DNA from: Dicyema japonicum
Taxonomy: Eukaryota > Animalia > Dicyemida
Assembly: GCA_011109175.1 (NCBI GenBank)
Contig: RDEW01000132.1
Location: 7,359 to 50,679, forward strand
Length of the DNA: 43,321 nt
Reading direction: 5' to 3'
Shown: positions 1 through 12,120 of the stretch, piece by piece
Position numbering within the stretch: the first letter of the stretch is position 1
Layout: each line of letters starts with the position of its first letter
Program-made: the position numbers and the translations under genes
The notes under the pieces: generated by a model
What the model saw: the letters and a program-made list of their open reading frames with translations, nothing else
Database searches by the model: none
What the model was told of the DNA's origin: nothing

Positions 1-116
1 GTCATCAGTCTCGTCATCTATAGTTTCAAGGAGCGCGCGGAAACTCTCAATGATGAGGTACAGGAACAAAAGCCAGTGTTTGAATACTTTTAATTAAGTT
101 TGCATTTGCTGGGTTA

Positions 117-599
117 TTATACCATGCCTGCAGTCCTAGATTTTGTATTTTCGCCATAAACACTGCCCAAAGTGAGAGTAGAAAATATTTGTTCATACGT
201 GTGTTGAGATTTTTCTCGAGCAAGTCGTGTCCGACCCTTGGAGATCTCATGAACGAGTTTTCTCCACTCTCCCCGATCCGTTGCAATTTGGAGTAGCCTT
301 GATATAGGCATTCCCGTGACGTTTTCCACCGTAAATAGCCACCGAGTCCTTGGTCTGCCAGGTATTCTCTTGTCAGTAATATTGCTCAGCATAATAGTTT
401 TTTCCAGTGAATCAGAGCGGAAAACATGTCCAAAGAACGCCAATCTGTGTTTTACGATTCTTCCTTCTAGCGAAATGTCAGTCTCTACCCATTTGAGTAC
501 ATCGATGTTTGTTATTTTAAAAGTCCAAGGGATTCTTAGTAACCTCCTCCTGCACCACAGCTCAAAAGCATCAATTTTTCGTCTATCCGCCTTTTTCAT
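117..599 (-). mobile_element. RTE-clade LINE, 3-prime end of ORF2
   Basis: KIDAFELWCRRRLLRIPW...RLAFFGHVFR...KRIPGRPRTRW...DRGEWR is the typical RTE/BovB-like C-terminal region. Confidence 0.85.
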
Positions 600-693
600 G
601 ATTCTGCGCCGTATAGAAAAAACGGGAACACGATTGCATTAACTAGTCTGCATTTGATCCTTAAGGAAATATCTTTGTTTTTCCTAATTCTAT

Positions 694-921
694 TCATTCT
701 CTGGAAGGTGTCTCGTCCCATGGCATGTCTCCTATATAGAATTTACGGAGGCCGCGGAGTGCTAATTCAAGATATATGGTGAATAGTAAAGGGGAGAGGG
801 AATCACCCTGGGGTGTCCCAATCGTTGTTTTGAAATTGTGGGAAGTTGCTCCTTCTGTCCTCACAGATAGTCTTGTATTCGCAAGTAGTAGTCTGATTAT
901 TCTAACCGACGATTCATCCAA
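694..921 (-). mobile_element. Non-LTR retrotransposon reverse transcriptase fragment
   Basis: TIGTPQGDSLSPLLFTIYLE (RT motif QGxxLSPxLF); similar to the RT remnant at about 39300-39700. Confidence 0.85.
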
Positions 922-3154
922 CTTCCATTATTGACCATTTTCATTAATAAAACCATTAATAAAAATTGTTAGTTGTTTTTGATAAAAAATATTTTAAATA
1001 TTTAAATAATTAATGGTATTAAACGTGGGTGTTTTAGTGGGCTATAAGAATCTTCTGAGTTGATGTTCTACCCGCTCTGATTGTTGATGTAATTAATCAA
1101 GGTTTTCAAATCTGATTATATTAGTCTACATTCATGCATATATGGCATATTCGTTACACATGTAATGGACAATCTGATGTATGCAACATTAACTCCTGCT
1201 TGCAACTCACAACTGTTTATATTTGTGATACTTTGCAGGATACATTGAATTTTCACCGTTCTTGAAGTGGNNNNNNNNNNNNNNNNNNNNNGTCTACATT
1301 CATGCATATATGGCATGTTCGTTACATATGTAGTGGACAATCTGATGTATGCAACATTAACTCCTGCTTGCAACTCACAAGTGTTTATATTTGTGATACT
1401 TTGCAGGATACATTAAATTTTCACCGTTCTTGAAATGTGCCACGTGGTCATAAATAGCGATAGCAGTAATTATCTCGCTTTCTTGTATCATTGTCGTTAA
1501 AATAATATTTAGAGGACTTCTTACAAGAGGACATCGATTTGCTTGTTCGTTCCAATATCAAAGGATGCAGATACTTTTTTTTTGATTACAAAAGCATAGA
1601 GGCGAGGAGGAAAGAGCTCCTCTGGGTGACATGTTATGCGAATCATCATGTTCTTGAGGGAATTTNTCGTTAAAATGATATTATAGAGGACTTCTTACAA
1701 AAGGACATCGATTTGCTTGTTCGTTCCAATATCAGAGGATGCAGATACTGTTTTTTTGATTACAAAAGCATAGAGGCGAGGAGGAAAGAGCTCCTTTGGG
1801 TGACGTTATAAGAATCATCATGTTCTTGAGAGAATTTAGTTTTACCTTGTTAGTAGTGGATAGGCAAAAAACTCAATCGACTCATCAAATCCTAAGAGGC
1901 GTCAGTCGCGGTTGTCACAGAAGTTATAAATANATCGCTCGTAATTTACAGGTTATCTTTAGCAGTGGGTTTGATTCTCCTACCGCTGCCTACTTGATTG
2001 ATGAATTTCTGCTCTTTGCCATCTTCAATTCACAGAGGCGTTATTGGATTCACCATATTCTTGAAATATATTGACCACTAGAAATCCAATGGATCTATTT
2101 TGTTTGAGACGAAAACATACTCATGCCTTCATCAAATCCTAAGAGGCGTCAGTTGCGGTTGTCACAGAAGTTATAAATATTTTTTTCTCCCCTATTACAG
2201 TGGAGGGGTTCACACAATGCCGGTATAAAGGGACGTGATGCTTGGATTAAATGGGTTTTCACTCCCAACGTGGGAACTGAATATGCGTTAATTAGCCACC
2301 AATAAATTCTCAACTTTTATATTTTCGAGGTTAGTAGTAATGTCGTCAGAACCCGAGTCGTTGATACTGTCAGGTTGATAAGTTCACCTTCTCAACAAAC
2401 CATATGATAACAATCTTGTCGACTATATAGTAAGATAAAAATCGGGGGTGCAACATCCGGTTCCCTTGTGTCTTCGAACCTGGAATTCCTGGGTCGTCTA
2501 AGGCAAGGGTCTTGAGTTTTTTATGTGGGTCTCTGAATTATCGAAAATGATTACTTACATCTCCAATAAAAACGTTTTCAAAATAGTGCTCTTCAAAAAC
2601 GGATAGAAAACGTCTTTTTCAACCTCACTGAAGTAAGACTTTTGGCATCATATCAAGCAAGNGTCTCTGAATTATCGAAAATGATTACTTACATCTTCAA
2701 TAAAAACGTTTTCAAAATAGTGCTCTTCAAAAACGGATAGAAAACGTCTTTTTCAACCTCATTGGAGTGAGACTTTTGGCATCATATCAAGCAAGCTCAG
2801 ATAACTTTCCAAAATGAAGGTTTCGGATCTATTTATTTATGCGAATAAGCGTTTTCACATATGAATTTGATCAAATCAAAATTATGGAGTCAAATTATTG
2901 ATGCAAATTTTGAAGTTAAAAATAATAAGTTACAACCCAGACATAACACTATTGGCTAAGGAAATGCACGGTCAATTAATTAAATATAATTTTGTTGTTT
3001 ATTATCCTGAAAAGTGGCTCTTCTATTTTTTTAATTTCCAAAAATTAGCTATTTGGCTAGAAGGTTGCCGGCCCTTGTCTAGGGAATCGGATTTCTACAG
3101 AACACGAGATCTCTGTAAGTGCTGCTGCCTATTTTAGCGAACCTCGCTCGACAC

Positions 3155-4555
3155 CCAGTCAGGGCGGCTACTGTATGACCATGGGTTGATGTTTCCTTTA
3201 AATAAGTTTAAATTAATAAGCTATGTACATCAAGAGTAATCGATAAAACCGCAGTTACGGCAAAATCGCAATTCATCAAATATCGCTAAATAAAGTCGGC
3301 TACTGTATGACCATGGGTTGATGTTTCCTTTAAATAAGTTTAAATTAATAAGCTATGTACATCAAGAGTAATCGATAAAACCGCAGTTACGGCAAAATCG
3401 CAATTCATCAAATATCGCTAAATAAAGTAAAGTTGTTATAACATGTTTTTTTTCATCGGACATACTCAGTCGGGTGGCATAGTGGCTAGGTCTCGGGCTG
3501 AAGTGACTTAGGTTACGGGTTCGATTCTCGCTGCTGTTCACCTGTTGAAGGTTCCACGCATCTACGATGCTAAAAAGGCTTGACGAGTGACGCCGTCATC
3601 AGTGGACTCTCACTGCGGAACTGGATTGTCAAAAAAGGACCCACACACAAGAAAAAGAAAATAGAAGTGAAGATCATTCCTTGGTTCTGGAATTAGTTAA
3701 AATTAACTGTTCTTTACTTAAATAAAATGTATCCTGCCTATGCGGAGCTATAAATACTATGGCTCTCGTGAAAAGGCTTTATTATTATTATTAATTCGGT
3801 TGTTGCGACACCCACTCAGGGCGGCTACTGTATGACCCTGGGTTGATGTTTCCTTTAAATAAGTTTAAATTAATAAGCTATGTACATCAAAAAATAATCG
3901 ATAAAACCGCAGTTACGGCAAAACCGCAATCTATGACGTCACAAAGACACTTACTTAAAAATAGCAAATTTAATAAAATCCTTAACAAAATCAAAACATA
4001 ATAAAAATTTATTAAAATTTATTAAAATAAATTAAATTCTAAATACAGACCCAAGCCACCTCATATAATATGAGAACATTGATTCATTTTCAGTACAAAG
4101 TCCTGCACCTTTTAGAAATCTTTGACTCAACATTATTAACATATTCCTCATTGCAATCAAAATGAGATGCAAACACATTCACAATATCATTTACATTNAC
4201 ACTTACTTAAAAATAGCAAATTTAATAATAATAATAAACCGATTAGTTAAAATTAACTGTTCTTTACTTAAATAAAGTGTGTGTCCTACCTATGCGGAGC
4301 TATAAATTCTATGGCTCTCGTGAAAAGGCTTTATTATTATTAATTTGGTTGTTGCAACACCCACTCAGGGCGGCTACTGTATGACCCTGGGTTGATGTTT
4401 CCTTTTAAATAAGTTTAATTTAATAAACTATGTACATCAAAAAATAGTCGATAAAACCGCAGTTACGGCAAAACCGCAATCTATGACGTCACAAAGACAC
4501 TTACTTAAAAATAGCAAATTTAATAAAATCCTTAACAAAATCAAAACAAAAATAA
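3155..4555. repeat. Cluster of four copies of an approximately 140-bp repeat (GGCGGCTACTGTATGACC...AAACCGCAGTTACGGCAAAA)
   Basis: Copies at about 3165-3296, 3297-3428, 3810-3930 and 4360-4480. The core CAGTCAGG(G/A)CGGCTACTGTAT also occurs inverted at about 18410-18435. Confidence 0.85.
3468..3796 (+). mobile_element. tRNA-derived SINE, near full-length copy A
   Basis: A-box TGGCATAGTGG (3475-3485), B-box GGTTCGATTC (3518-3527), structured body 3550-3622, 3-prime motif ATGGCTCTCGTGAAAAGGC and a (TTA)n tail. Homologous to copies at 16500-16785, 29160-29482 and 42981-43150; a partial 3-prime duplicate lies at about 4235-4345. Confidence 0.75.
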
Positions 4556-4760
4556 CGAATAAATTAACTAATTAATTAATTAAGCGTATTTTGATCCAGA
4601 TTGTTGGTAATCCCTCTTCTTCTCTTAGAAGAAGAGTGTGCCATAACCTCCCTGTTACTCCGCATCTCCACATCATATTCAGTCAAAATATCTCCGTTAG
4701 AGTCCAGTGGGTTGTCTTCACGGCATGCCAGTTCCACAAGTTGGGAAGTAGCAGAGGCGT

Positions 4761-5368
4761 NNNNNNNNNNNNNNNNNNNNNNNNNNNNNNNNNNNNNNNN
4801 NNNNNNNNNNNNNNNNNNNNNNNNNNNNNNNNNNNNNNNNNNNNNNNNNNNNNNNNNNNNNNNNNNNNNNNNNNNNNNNNNNNNNNNNNNNNNNNNNNNN
4901 NNNNNNNNNNNNNNNNNNNNNNNNNNNNNNNNNNNNNNNNNNNNNNNNNNNNNNNNNNNNNNNNNNNNNNNNNNNNNNNNNNNNNNNNNNNNNNNNNNNN
5001 NNNNNNNNNNNNNNNNNNNNNNNNNNNNNNNNNNNNNNNNNNNNNNNNNNNNNNNNNNNNNNNNNNNNNNNNNNNNNNNNNNNNNNNNNNNNNNNNNNNN
5101 NNNNNNNNNNNNNNNNNNNNNNNNNNNNNNNNNNNNNNNNNNNNNNNNNNNNNNNNNNNNNNNNNNNNNNNNNNNNNNNNNNNNNNNNNNNNNNNNNNNN
5201 NNNNNNNNNNNNNNNNNNNNNNNNNNNNNNNNNNNNNNNNNNNNNNNNNNNNNNNNNNNNNNNNNNNNNNNNNNNNNNNNNNNNNNNNNNNNNNNNNNNN
5301 NNNNNNNNNNNNNNNNNNNNNNNNNNNNNNNNNNNNNNNNNNNNNNNNNNNNNNNNNNNNNNNNNNNA
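4761..5368. other. Assembly gap (N run); further gaps at 1271-1291 and 24091-24190
   Basis: Runs of n; the ORF-track entries spanning them are artefacts. Confidence 0.99.
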
Positions 5369-5429
5369 AGCCAAGATGTTGTCGACATCTAATCACTTTC
5401 TCAAAGCCTAGTGACACAAAACTCTGATT

Positions 5430-5720
5430 TGCTCTATTTATATTCACAAGGCTTTTGACTCAATACCCAGAAAAATCTTGATTCGAAAGATCTATGGTCC
5501 CTAATCTCCAAGGGATTTAAACGATGGCTCGCAAATTTTCTAACAGGACGAAGAGTGGTAACAGAAGCATAGCAATATCCCCTTGTCACCGTCACTGTTT
5601 AATCTTTCTGTATGATCTACCAATCAATTCCGACTCGAATACATTATCTCTCTCTTACGGACGATGTCATCTCAGCATACAAAGGAAAAAGCGTGCTGAG
5701 AGCTACCGAACAATTGTAGC
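5430..5720 (+). mobile_element. Decayed Jockey/CR1-like LINE RT fragment
   Basis: Frameshifted reading KAFDSIPRKILIRKI...KRWLANFLTGRRVV...LSPSLFNL...DDV, i.e. RT motifs in the expected order. Confidence 0.65.
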
Positions 5721-6603
5721 ATATGCACGACCACCAGAATGAATTACTAAACAATAATTCAATGACCACGAGTACAGACAATAGTTTTTGATTGGCTAAC
5801 TATTGGACTGGTCATGATTGTAAAAGAAATCTCATGCAAGAGCACAGTCAAAATTCTTGTGGTAACTTTAGACGGTCAGCACTCATGCGTCTACCTGGCG
5901 AACAAAATTAGCGGGAAAAAACATCGATAAACTTCACATCGTTCAACTGAGATCCGCCAAATCACAACAAACTCAGTAATTCGAAAATTTAGTTTTTGTT
6001 TCCCTCCCCTCATCCTGTGGTCTGAAAGTTAGCAAACTCAACTCGCCTCGTTTCCATTACTCAGACTCGTCTCGACTTGTCCCCAAAGGAGCAGAACATC
6101 GAGGAACTCTGTAAAAACGTGATCCCTTTGGCTACTAAAATATACTCAAAGTACACGTGGTTATCATCCTATGATTCATTATCTGAAAAAATAGCTCAAA
6201 GACCTTCATCGTTGATCACAAAGCCTGGGTCTATTTGTTTGGCCTTCAAGAAGTCAAGGTTGACGGTTCAAAGAGGTCTTGAGAGGTTATTTTATTATTT
6301 AAGTTATTTTTGTTTATTATTGACTCATTCAGGTATTAATAATGTTGCCCCTGACGGTAACGATAATAGTCTCTTTCGACGCTCCATTGACTTTGGTGAG
6401 GATGAGTTGACTCAATCGAAATCAGGCGTTTTTAATTTCCGGTAATTCATGCATGAAATATCTCTGAGTTTTCCATTTAGTCAATGTTCATTATAACACC
6501 GGGGATTATGGAGTATAAAGACATTTTGAGAGAGAACGTGGAAGATAATCTGTCCGAAGATGAAATGTAATATCTTAGGTTAATTGTATGTTGCTAATAA
6601 TAN

Positions 6604-7057
6604 TCACGTGTGTACAGTTTTCTTAACCTTGCAGAGCTTCACCTGGGGACATGAGATCTTTGTATACCTCAGCCACGGCTTCTCCAATAGGAGTCGGCTT
6701 GAATCTTCCCTTGGCATCGTGGAGCATCCTGTAGTGCTTGTTCACCTTGGAGAGGAAGATCACGTCTTCCATAGAGAACTAAGCTTACTCATTAGGCCGA
6801 TCGGAAAGCGATGATGCGTTATGATTTTCCTGTCGACCATTACGATCCTTCTTTTGACTATTTTCTTTGTCTCCTGATAGTTAAGGGCAAATTTGAACCA
6901 CTCTCGAGGTATCAATGCCATCGGAATACACTCTCGCTGTTTGTGAGACTTAGGGCAAACTTACTGAGCATCCACTTCTTGGGAGCATTTACTTGTTTCA
7001 AATGTCTCTTTAATCCTTTAACACCCTTTAAGAATAAAGTATAAACATGCAAACCAT
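6604..7057 (-). pseudogene. RPS4: Unprocessed (intron-containing), truncated 40S ribosomal protein S4 (eS4) pseudogene
   Basis: Minus strand reads VKGLKRHLKQVNAPKKWMLSK...HKQRECIPMALIPREWFKFALNYQETKKIVKRRIVMVDRKIITHHRFPIGLM/NVIFLSKVNKHYRMLHDAKGRFKPTPIGEAVAE/VKLCKVKKT, collinear with the eS4 N-terminal half (RGPKKHLKR..APKHWML...HKLRECLPL...YPAGFMDVI...YDTKGRF...YKLCKV). It retains 23-nt and 25-nt GT-AG introns, has a frameshifting deletion of about 25 nt between SK and HKQRE, and stops near the n at 6603. Confidence 0.85.
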
Positions 7058-10000
7058 ATCAACGCGTATTTCAATTTATTTGAAATTAAATATATTTAAT
7101 ATTTGTGGTTCAATAAATTTAAAAATTAAAAAAATTTATTATTATTGAATATATTGTGATCAAAAATTCCGCAAAAAAGACATACTCCCACGGACCAGAT
7201 AACATTCCTGTTATTTTATTAAAAAATCTTGAAGCCGCACGTGTGGAAATATAACAATTATGTTTCTACAATAGTTGCCTATAATAATAAGTTATGCGAT
7301 GAATTCAAGTCGAGGGATTGTTGAAAGATTCAATCAGACGGTCTCATTAAGATCCAAGAATTTTAATTGGTCCTTTCCAATACCAGTAACAAGGTCTCCC
7401 TGAATTCTTGGATTAATGTTGGACAGAATGTTGAATTTCAACTCCCACGCGAAGAAAGAGTTAAATTAAAGGCCTGCGTGATTGCTACATGTGTGAAACT
7501 ATAACTATTATGGTTTTACGCATATTGCCTATAATAACGGTGGTGATCTAGGGTTTCTAAATATATTAAAAAAATACTCAAATAAAATCTTGTATTGCAC
7601 GTTGTGTCGTTTGTACGTAAAAACATTAATCAGTATGCTGATGAATATTTTAGAAGATGTCGAAAGACGTTGGTTGTACAAATCGTCATGAAAAGTATCG
7701 TCAGATTAAATCCACACATTTTATAATCATTAATGAACATTATACAAAGAAACGTCTCAGAAAATCGATGTATCAAATATTCTTTGAAAAGCCGACAGAG
7801 GAAATTTATCAAAGAAACATTTTTCTCAGTTAAAATTATGAAATTTTCTAATCTCATTAAAATTATTGCAGAATGTGGGGTAGTCCAAGACCGAACAATC
7901 GGATCCCAACTCAACTGTATTCTCTTTTCCTTTAACCCATGAGACAATAATAATACAAAGACCTGAGTTAAACGAATACATTGATGCTTGTGTTTATCGT
8001 GTTAGAGAATATCTGAATGACAGATTGAGTCATAAAATGATTGTGATTCAAGTAAATAATAATTCAAAATGAGGAGACTAAAATTATTATAGAATTGTCC
8101 GATAATCTCAAATCGCAACAAAAGAGTTTCCAATTTTTGATGAGCAAATCCTATTCCATGCACGTTGAATCCCAATATCTTTTCGAAAATGTAACGGCAT
8201 AGTCCGACAATGATATTAAAAAATTAAATGTCCAGCCAGAGATCGCAAAAAATAGAGAAAAAATTATCATATATAATAAAATGTGTCATATAAAAGTGGA
8301 GGTTTAGTAGTGTATACATTACTACCCCGGGGTCATTATCGACACCAGGCGGTGTGCTTCAAAAAAGTCCAAACATTCCCGGAGAAAACCCTCAGTCCAC
8401 TGTGGAAAAAGGAATGAGTGGGGGCGAGCAATTGACCCAATATCTGGCCGATGTTAGAAGAAGACCACTCTCTTCCCTACTCAACTGGATTATCAATATA
8501 CAACTCTGCTAAGGAATTCGTTTGTAGAGGGTCTTCATACAATCCAGACCACCCGCCTCAGGACGACCTGTTGGGTAATCTGTTAATGGTTGCTTTCTAT
8601 GGTCAATCAGAATTTCACGGAAACTTAACAGATTATTTAATGGGACCTATCCTTCAAGCGGATTGTGAACTATTACAAGAATTGGATTAAGACTGATCTC
8701 TGCAATATCGAGGATTAGTCGAGGTTGGGTAGCTCTATGGAACAAACGTCTCTATCACCTCACAAAGGTCTATGCAAATTAATCTTAGCTCCTTCAATGT
8801 ACGACCAGATGAAACCACGATAATAAACAGTCGAACTTTTCCTATAACTGGTATCCCTATTTGACTGTGAAGATCTCATCGAGAATCGACATCAAAGAAT
8901 CCTCATAAAGGGGAACTGTATAATTTTGGGTGAGGGTTCATTTCAAAATATAGTTAGCCAACGGTAACTAAAGATAAGTCAGTCACAAGAGAATCATTAT
9001 TATTCACGAATATATGCTCTGATGCCTGCCTCTGCTGTAAATTCCCAAAACTGTGAGGAGATGAAACGCTCACTGTTTCCAAGAAATACCAAAGTCGCTA
9101 GTGAGGTTTAACTTTTGGGGATTTTCTGAACTGTGAGAATAAAGAGAGAGACCCAAGCAAGAAGAATGTTGTTCTTTATTTTAGCTCAGAATACAGAAAA
9201 GAGAACCAAAAAAGTTTTTAGTAGAACGAGAATAAATTACGGCAGTTGGATTTCCATGATACTCCTAATCGTAGTGAACTGTGAGTCTCAACTTTGAAAA
9301 AATCTAGACCATTTGATTCACATGAACTCTAACTCAACTTGGGGAAAATAGAAAAAAAACTTCAACATCAAAACGAGAATCCTCTTCAATGACACGATTA
9401 TCTCTACCAAACATCGTGTGAACATGATTGACCAGGGTGAATAAAATCGATGACAAAAATCGTGTTACAGCTGTGAATAAAAACGATGACAAAAATCGTC
9501 ATAAAAGCACTTAAGAGCGACGTAAGATGCCTCACCACAATATACTGCCAATTTGTCTGGCGAGTACCTGTGGAAGCGCACGGTCAGTGGCCAATTCCAG
9601 TTCTTCCAGGGAACTGCCAATAGCGTCACTGTCTCTAATTTAAGCCTATGATGGTTAACCACATTTGCTTGAGCAACAACAAATTTAGTGAAAGCTTTTG
9701 GATAATAAATATTTTTGATTAAAGAGCATTTGAATTTTTTACTTTACTGACAAAAATCGCCCTAATTATCGGCGAAGATGAGACATATGACGTCTCATTA
9801 ACTGACCCTGTCAGCCTCACTTCTAACACTTAATTAGTGCCATGACTTTTGGTTTTGTCGTAATTTAGTGATTTGAGTTTAATATAAATAAAATTTTCTG
9901 TCTGTTATGTGGAGATGGAAGTTATCAACTACACTAACTTAACAGAGATTAAATAATGCTGCCCTTACATCCACAAGAACAATATAGGTCAGCTTGCATA

Positions 10001-10679
10001 AGAATTTTGTGTTCTTATTGCGATCAGGCATAACTTGACCTATAAGTTATGTTAATGTACATTTGTTATACCATTTCTTGTTCAACTCCCTACAGAATTT
10101 TGTGTTCTTATTGCGATCAGGCATAACTTGACCTATAAGTTATGTTAATGTACATTTGTTATACCATTTCTTGTTCAACTCCCTACATCGGAAAACATAA
10201 ATAATATCTTTATTACTTACGTCGAAGACATCCTACTTGAAATCAAGACATCCAACCGAACATGACCATATGCAACAGCACATATGTCGAAAACACGTTT
10301 AGTTTCAAAACAGAAAAATCAAAAATATTATTCTTCACTTCGGACAAGAGATAATCAACAATTGTGACATATTAAACCCTCGTGGCAATAAAGTAACTAA
10401 CAATGGGAATATTCTGTAAGTTCGTAATTCCATGGTCATAGTCAAAAATTAGCAGAGCAGCCAAAAGCACTTGGAATGGTTGTTGTGTTAATTTCAGGCG
10501 AGAAAATGATAGAAAGATAGATTGACAAATAATCTTGATTCCAGTACTTCATGATTTCACATAAATCGTCTCCGAAATTCAATTTCTGAATGTGTTCACA
10601 CCGTCTTCACGATCTATCGCAAAATCCATAAAACATCGTAAATTAAAACGACGCTTAGTCTCTTCTGTGACACGAACAG

Positions 10680-10790
10680 CCCTGACTTGTTGGGCATGTG
10701 TTCTCAATTCAGTTAACCGACTGCTATGCTGTTCTGCTGATTCTTCGTCCCTTATAGTTGTGAATGTGTTCTCAATTGCTCTAAACTATT
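10680..10790 (-). repeat. Remnant of 69-bp (23-aa) STPR-like coding repeat
   Basis: Minus strand reads LEQLRTHSQ.IRDEESAEQHSSRLTELRTHAQQVRA; the same unit occurs at 31025-31296. Confidence 0.6.
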
Positions 10791-11779
10791 TTTTACCCAC
10801 GTTGGCTGTCTGCCATTGTCCCTTATCTCCGGGATCTTGTATTAGTGCCTAGAAAAGATTAAAGTGGAAAGTTGTTAAAGTTAGCATTGAGGTCACGTCA
10901 ATAACAAGATGATATTGACCGAAAAGAATTTTGACTGACCTAAAAAATTAAGTTTTGACCTTTTTTTGTACATTGCCAAAAGTTTTGACTTTATTTGATT
11001 TTATAACTTTTGATTTATATAATATTTTTGATTAAAAACTACATTTTTATAAGTTTTAAACAATTTTAAAGAACATATCAATTTTTGACTTTATTGACAA
11101 AAATCGCCTTAATAATAAATCAAATAAATAAATAAATTATTTAATTGTACAACACCCAAAATTCAGAGAAAGTATGTCAGAGTTAATGTTTTGTCGGGAC
11201 TAAATTCTGCAATATATTATATTACGAAAGATAATCCGCCTCAAGATATCAATCAAATTACTGATATTCTATATGCTGCACAGTGTGCTNACTTTATTGA
11301 CAAAAATTGCCCTAATAATAAATCAAATAAATAAATAAATTATTTAATTGTATTAATAAAAATTTATATTTTTAAATGTCAACCATCATTAATTAATTAG
11401 AATTTACACGTTGTCGTCACATTCTGTGGTAGTCTGTTGTTATTTTTATAGTTGTTCTATATCATTATTTCTTCACTATTGAAAATGCAGGATTTATCAA
11501 GCTTTTATCGAATAAATCTTTGATTCATCCATTCATTATGTTGTTTTTATTTGTGAAGAAATTATGTGATTTTCAACTCTATTACAGTGAATCCATTTTC
11601 CTTTTTATTACTTGTTTCATTGTCAGTGTATTCATATTCAAAAAATCCTCAAATTTTATATATTGAAAATGTATTTGTATCTATTCTTTCGTCACTAATT
11701 TCGATTTCCTGATTTTCATTGTTGTGAGTTGAAGAAAACTCTTGCTAACACTTGAAGGTGGCTTAAGAATTGTGTCACA

Positions 11780-12120
11780 TAGGGGCTAGAACATTTGAAG
11801 ACTAATGATGAAATTACAGACCATCCCTTCCACATTCAAAAATTAACACAACAGCCATTATCAGAAACGACTAATTGAATTAGGGTTATGACTGATCCGT
11901 TCGATGCCATCAATCACACATGAGGTGACAATCCTTCCACTGTGGTCGTAGTAGTTTTCATTCGTCTTCAATGACTCTAAATTACACTTAAGAATAATAC
12001 GACCAATGAGTTTCGACCATCTTACCATTAATTATCATTTTGAAGAATAATCGTGGTTTCTCTGAAGATGGAAAGCCGAATCCAAAATTTCCACTAGGAC
12101 ATATATGTTGCTTATTCTAC
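11780..12120 (-). mobile_element. Ty3/gypsy-like integrase core remnant
   Basis: MKTTTTTVEGL...QLVVSDNG resembles the integrase segment leading to the second catalytic Asp (LVSDNG); heavily decayed. Confidence 0.4.

Noticed and set aside
1950-2175. Possible SF2 helicase (Suv3/DEAD-like) pseudogene: TATDAS...QVGSGRR on the minus strand
   Set aside because: The motifs are degenerate, lie in different frames and sit in an artefact-prone region, so the support is insufficient.
1110-2800. Several near-exact tandem duplications (about 1110-1435, 1510-1830, 1880-2180, 2529-2796)
   Set aside because: Each has an n or N run at the junction, so they are probable gap-filling or haplotype artefacts. 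The same applies to 11085-11350, 19375-19581/20387-20592 and probably 3690-4555.
4576-5447. Long ORFs of 218-278 aa in the ORF track
   Set aside because: They consist almost entirely of X from the N gap.
8400-9320. Possible viral L methyltransferase remnant (ILGEGS, NCE, RSEL)
   Set aside because: Motif spacing is too short, and another plus frame gives LINE-endonuclease-like words (SGRPVG, SSRID). Neither reading is strong enough to call.
10001-10186. Exact 93-bp tandem duplication, and the exact 110-bp one at 27374-27593
   Set aside because: Only two identical units with no spacers, so not CRISPR-like. In this assembly they are most simply local duplications or artefacts.
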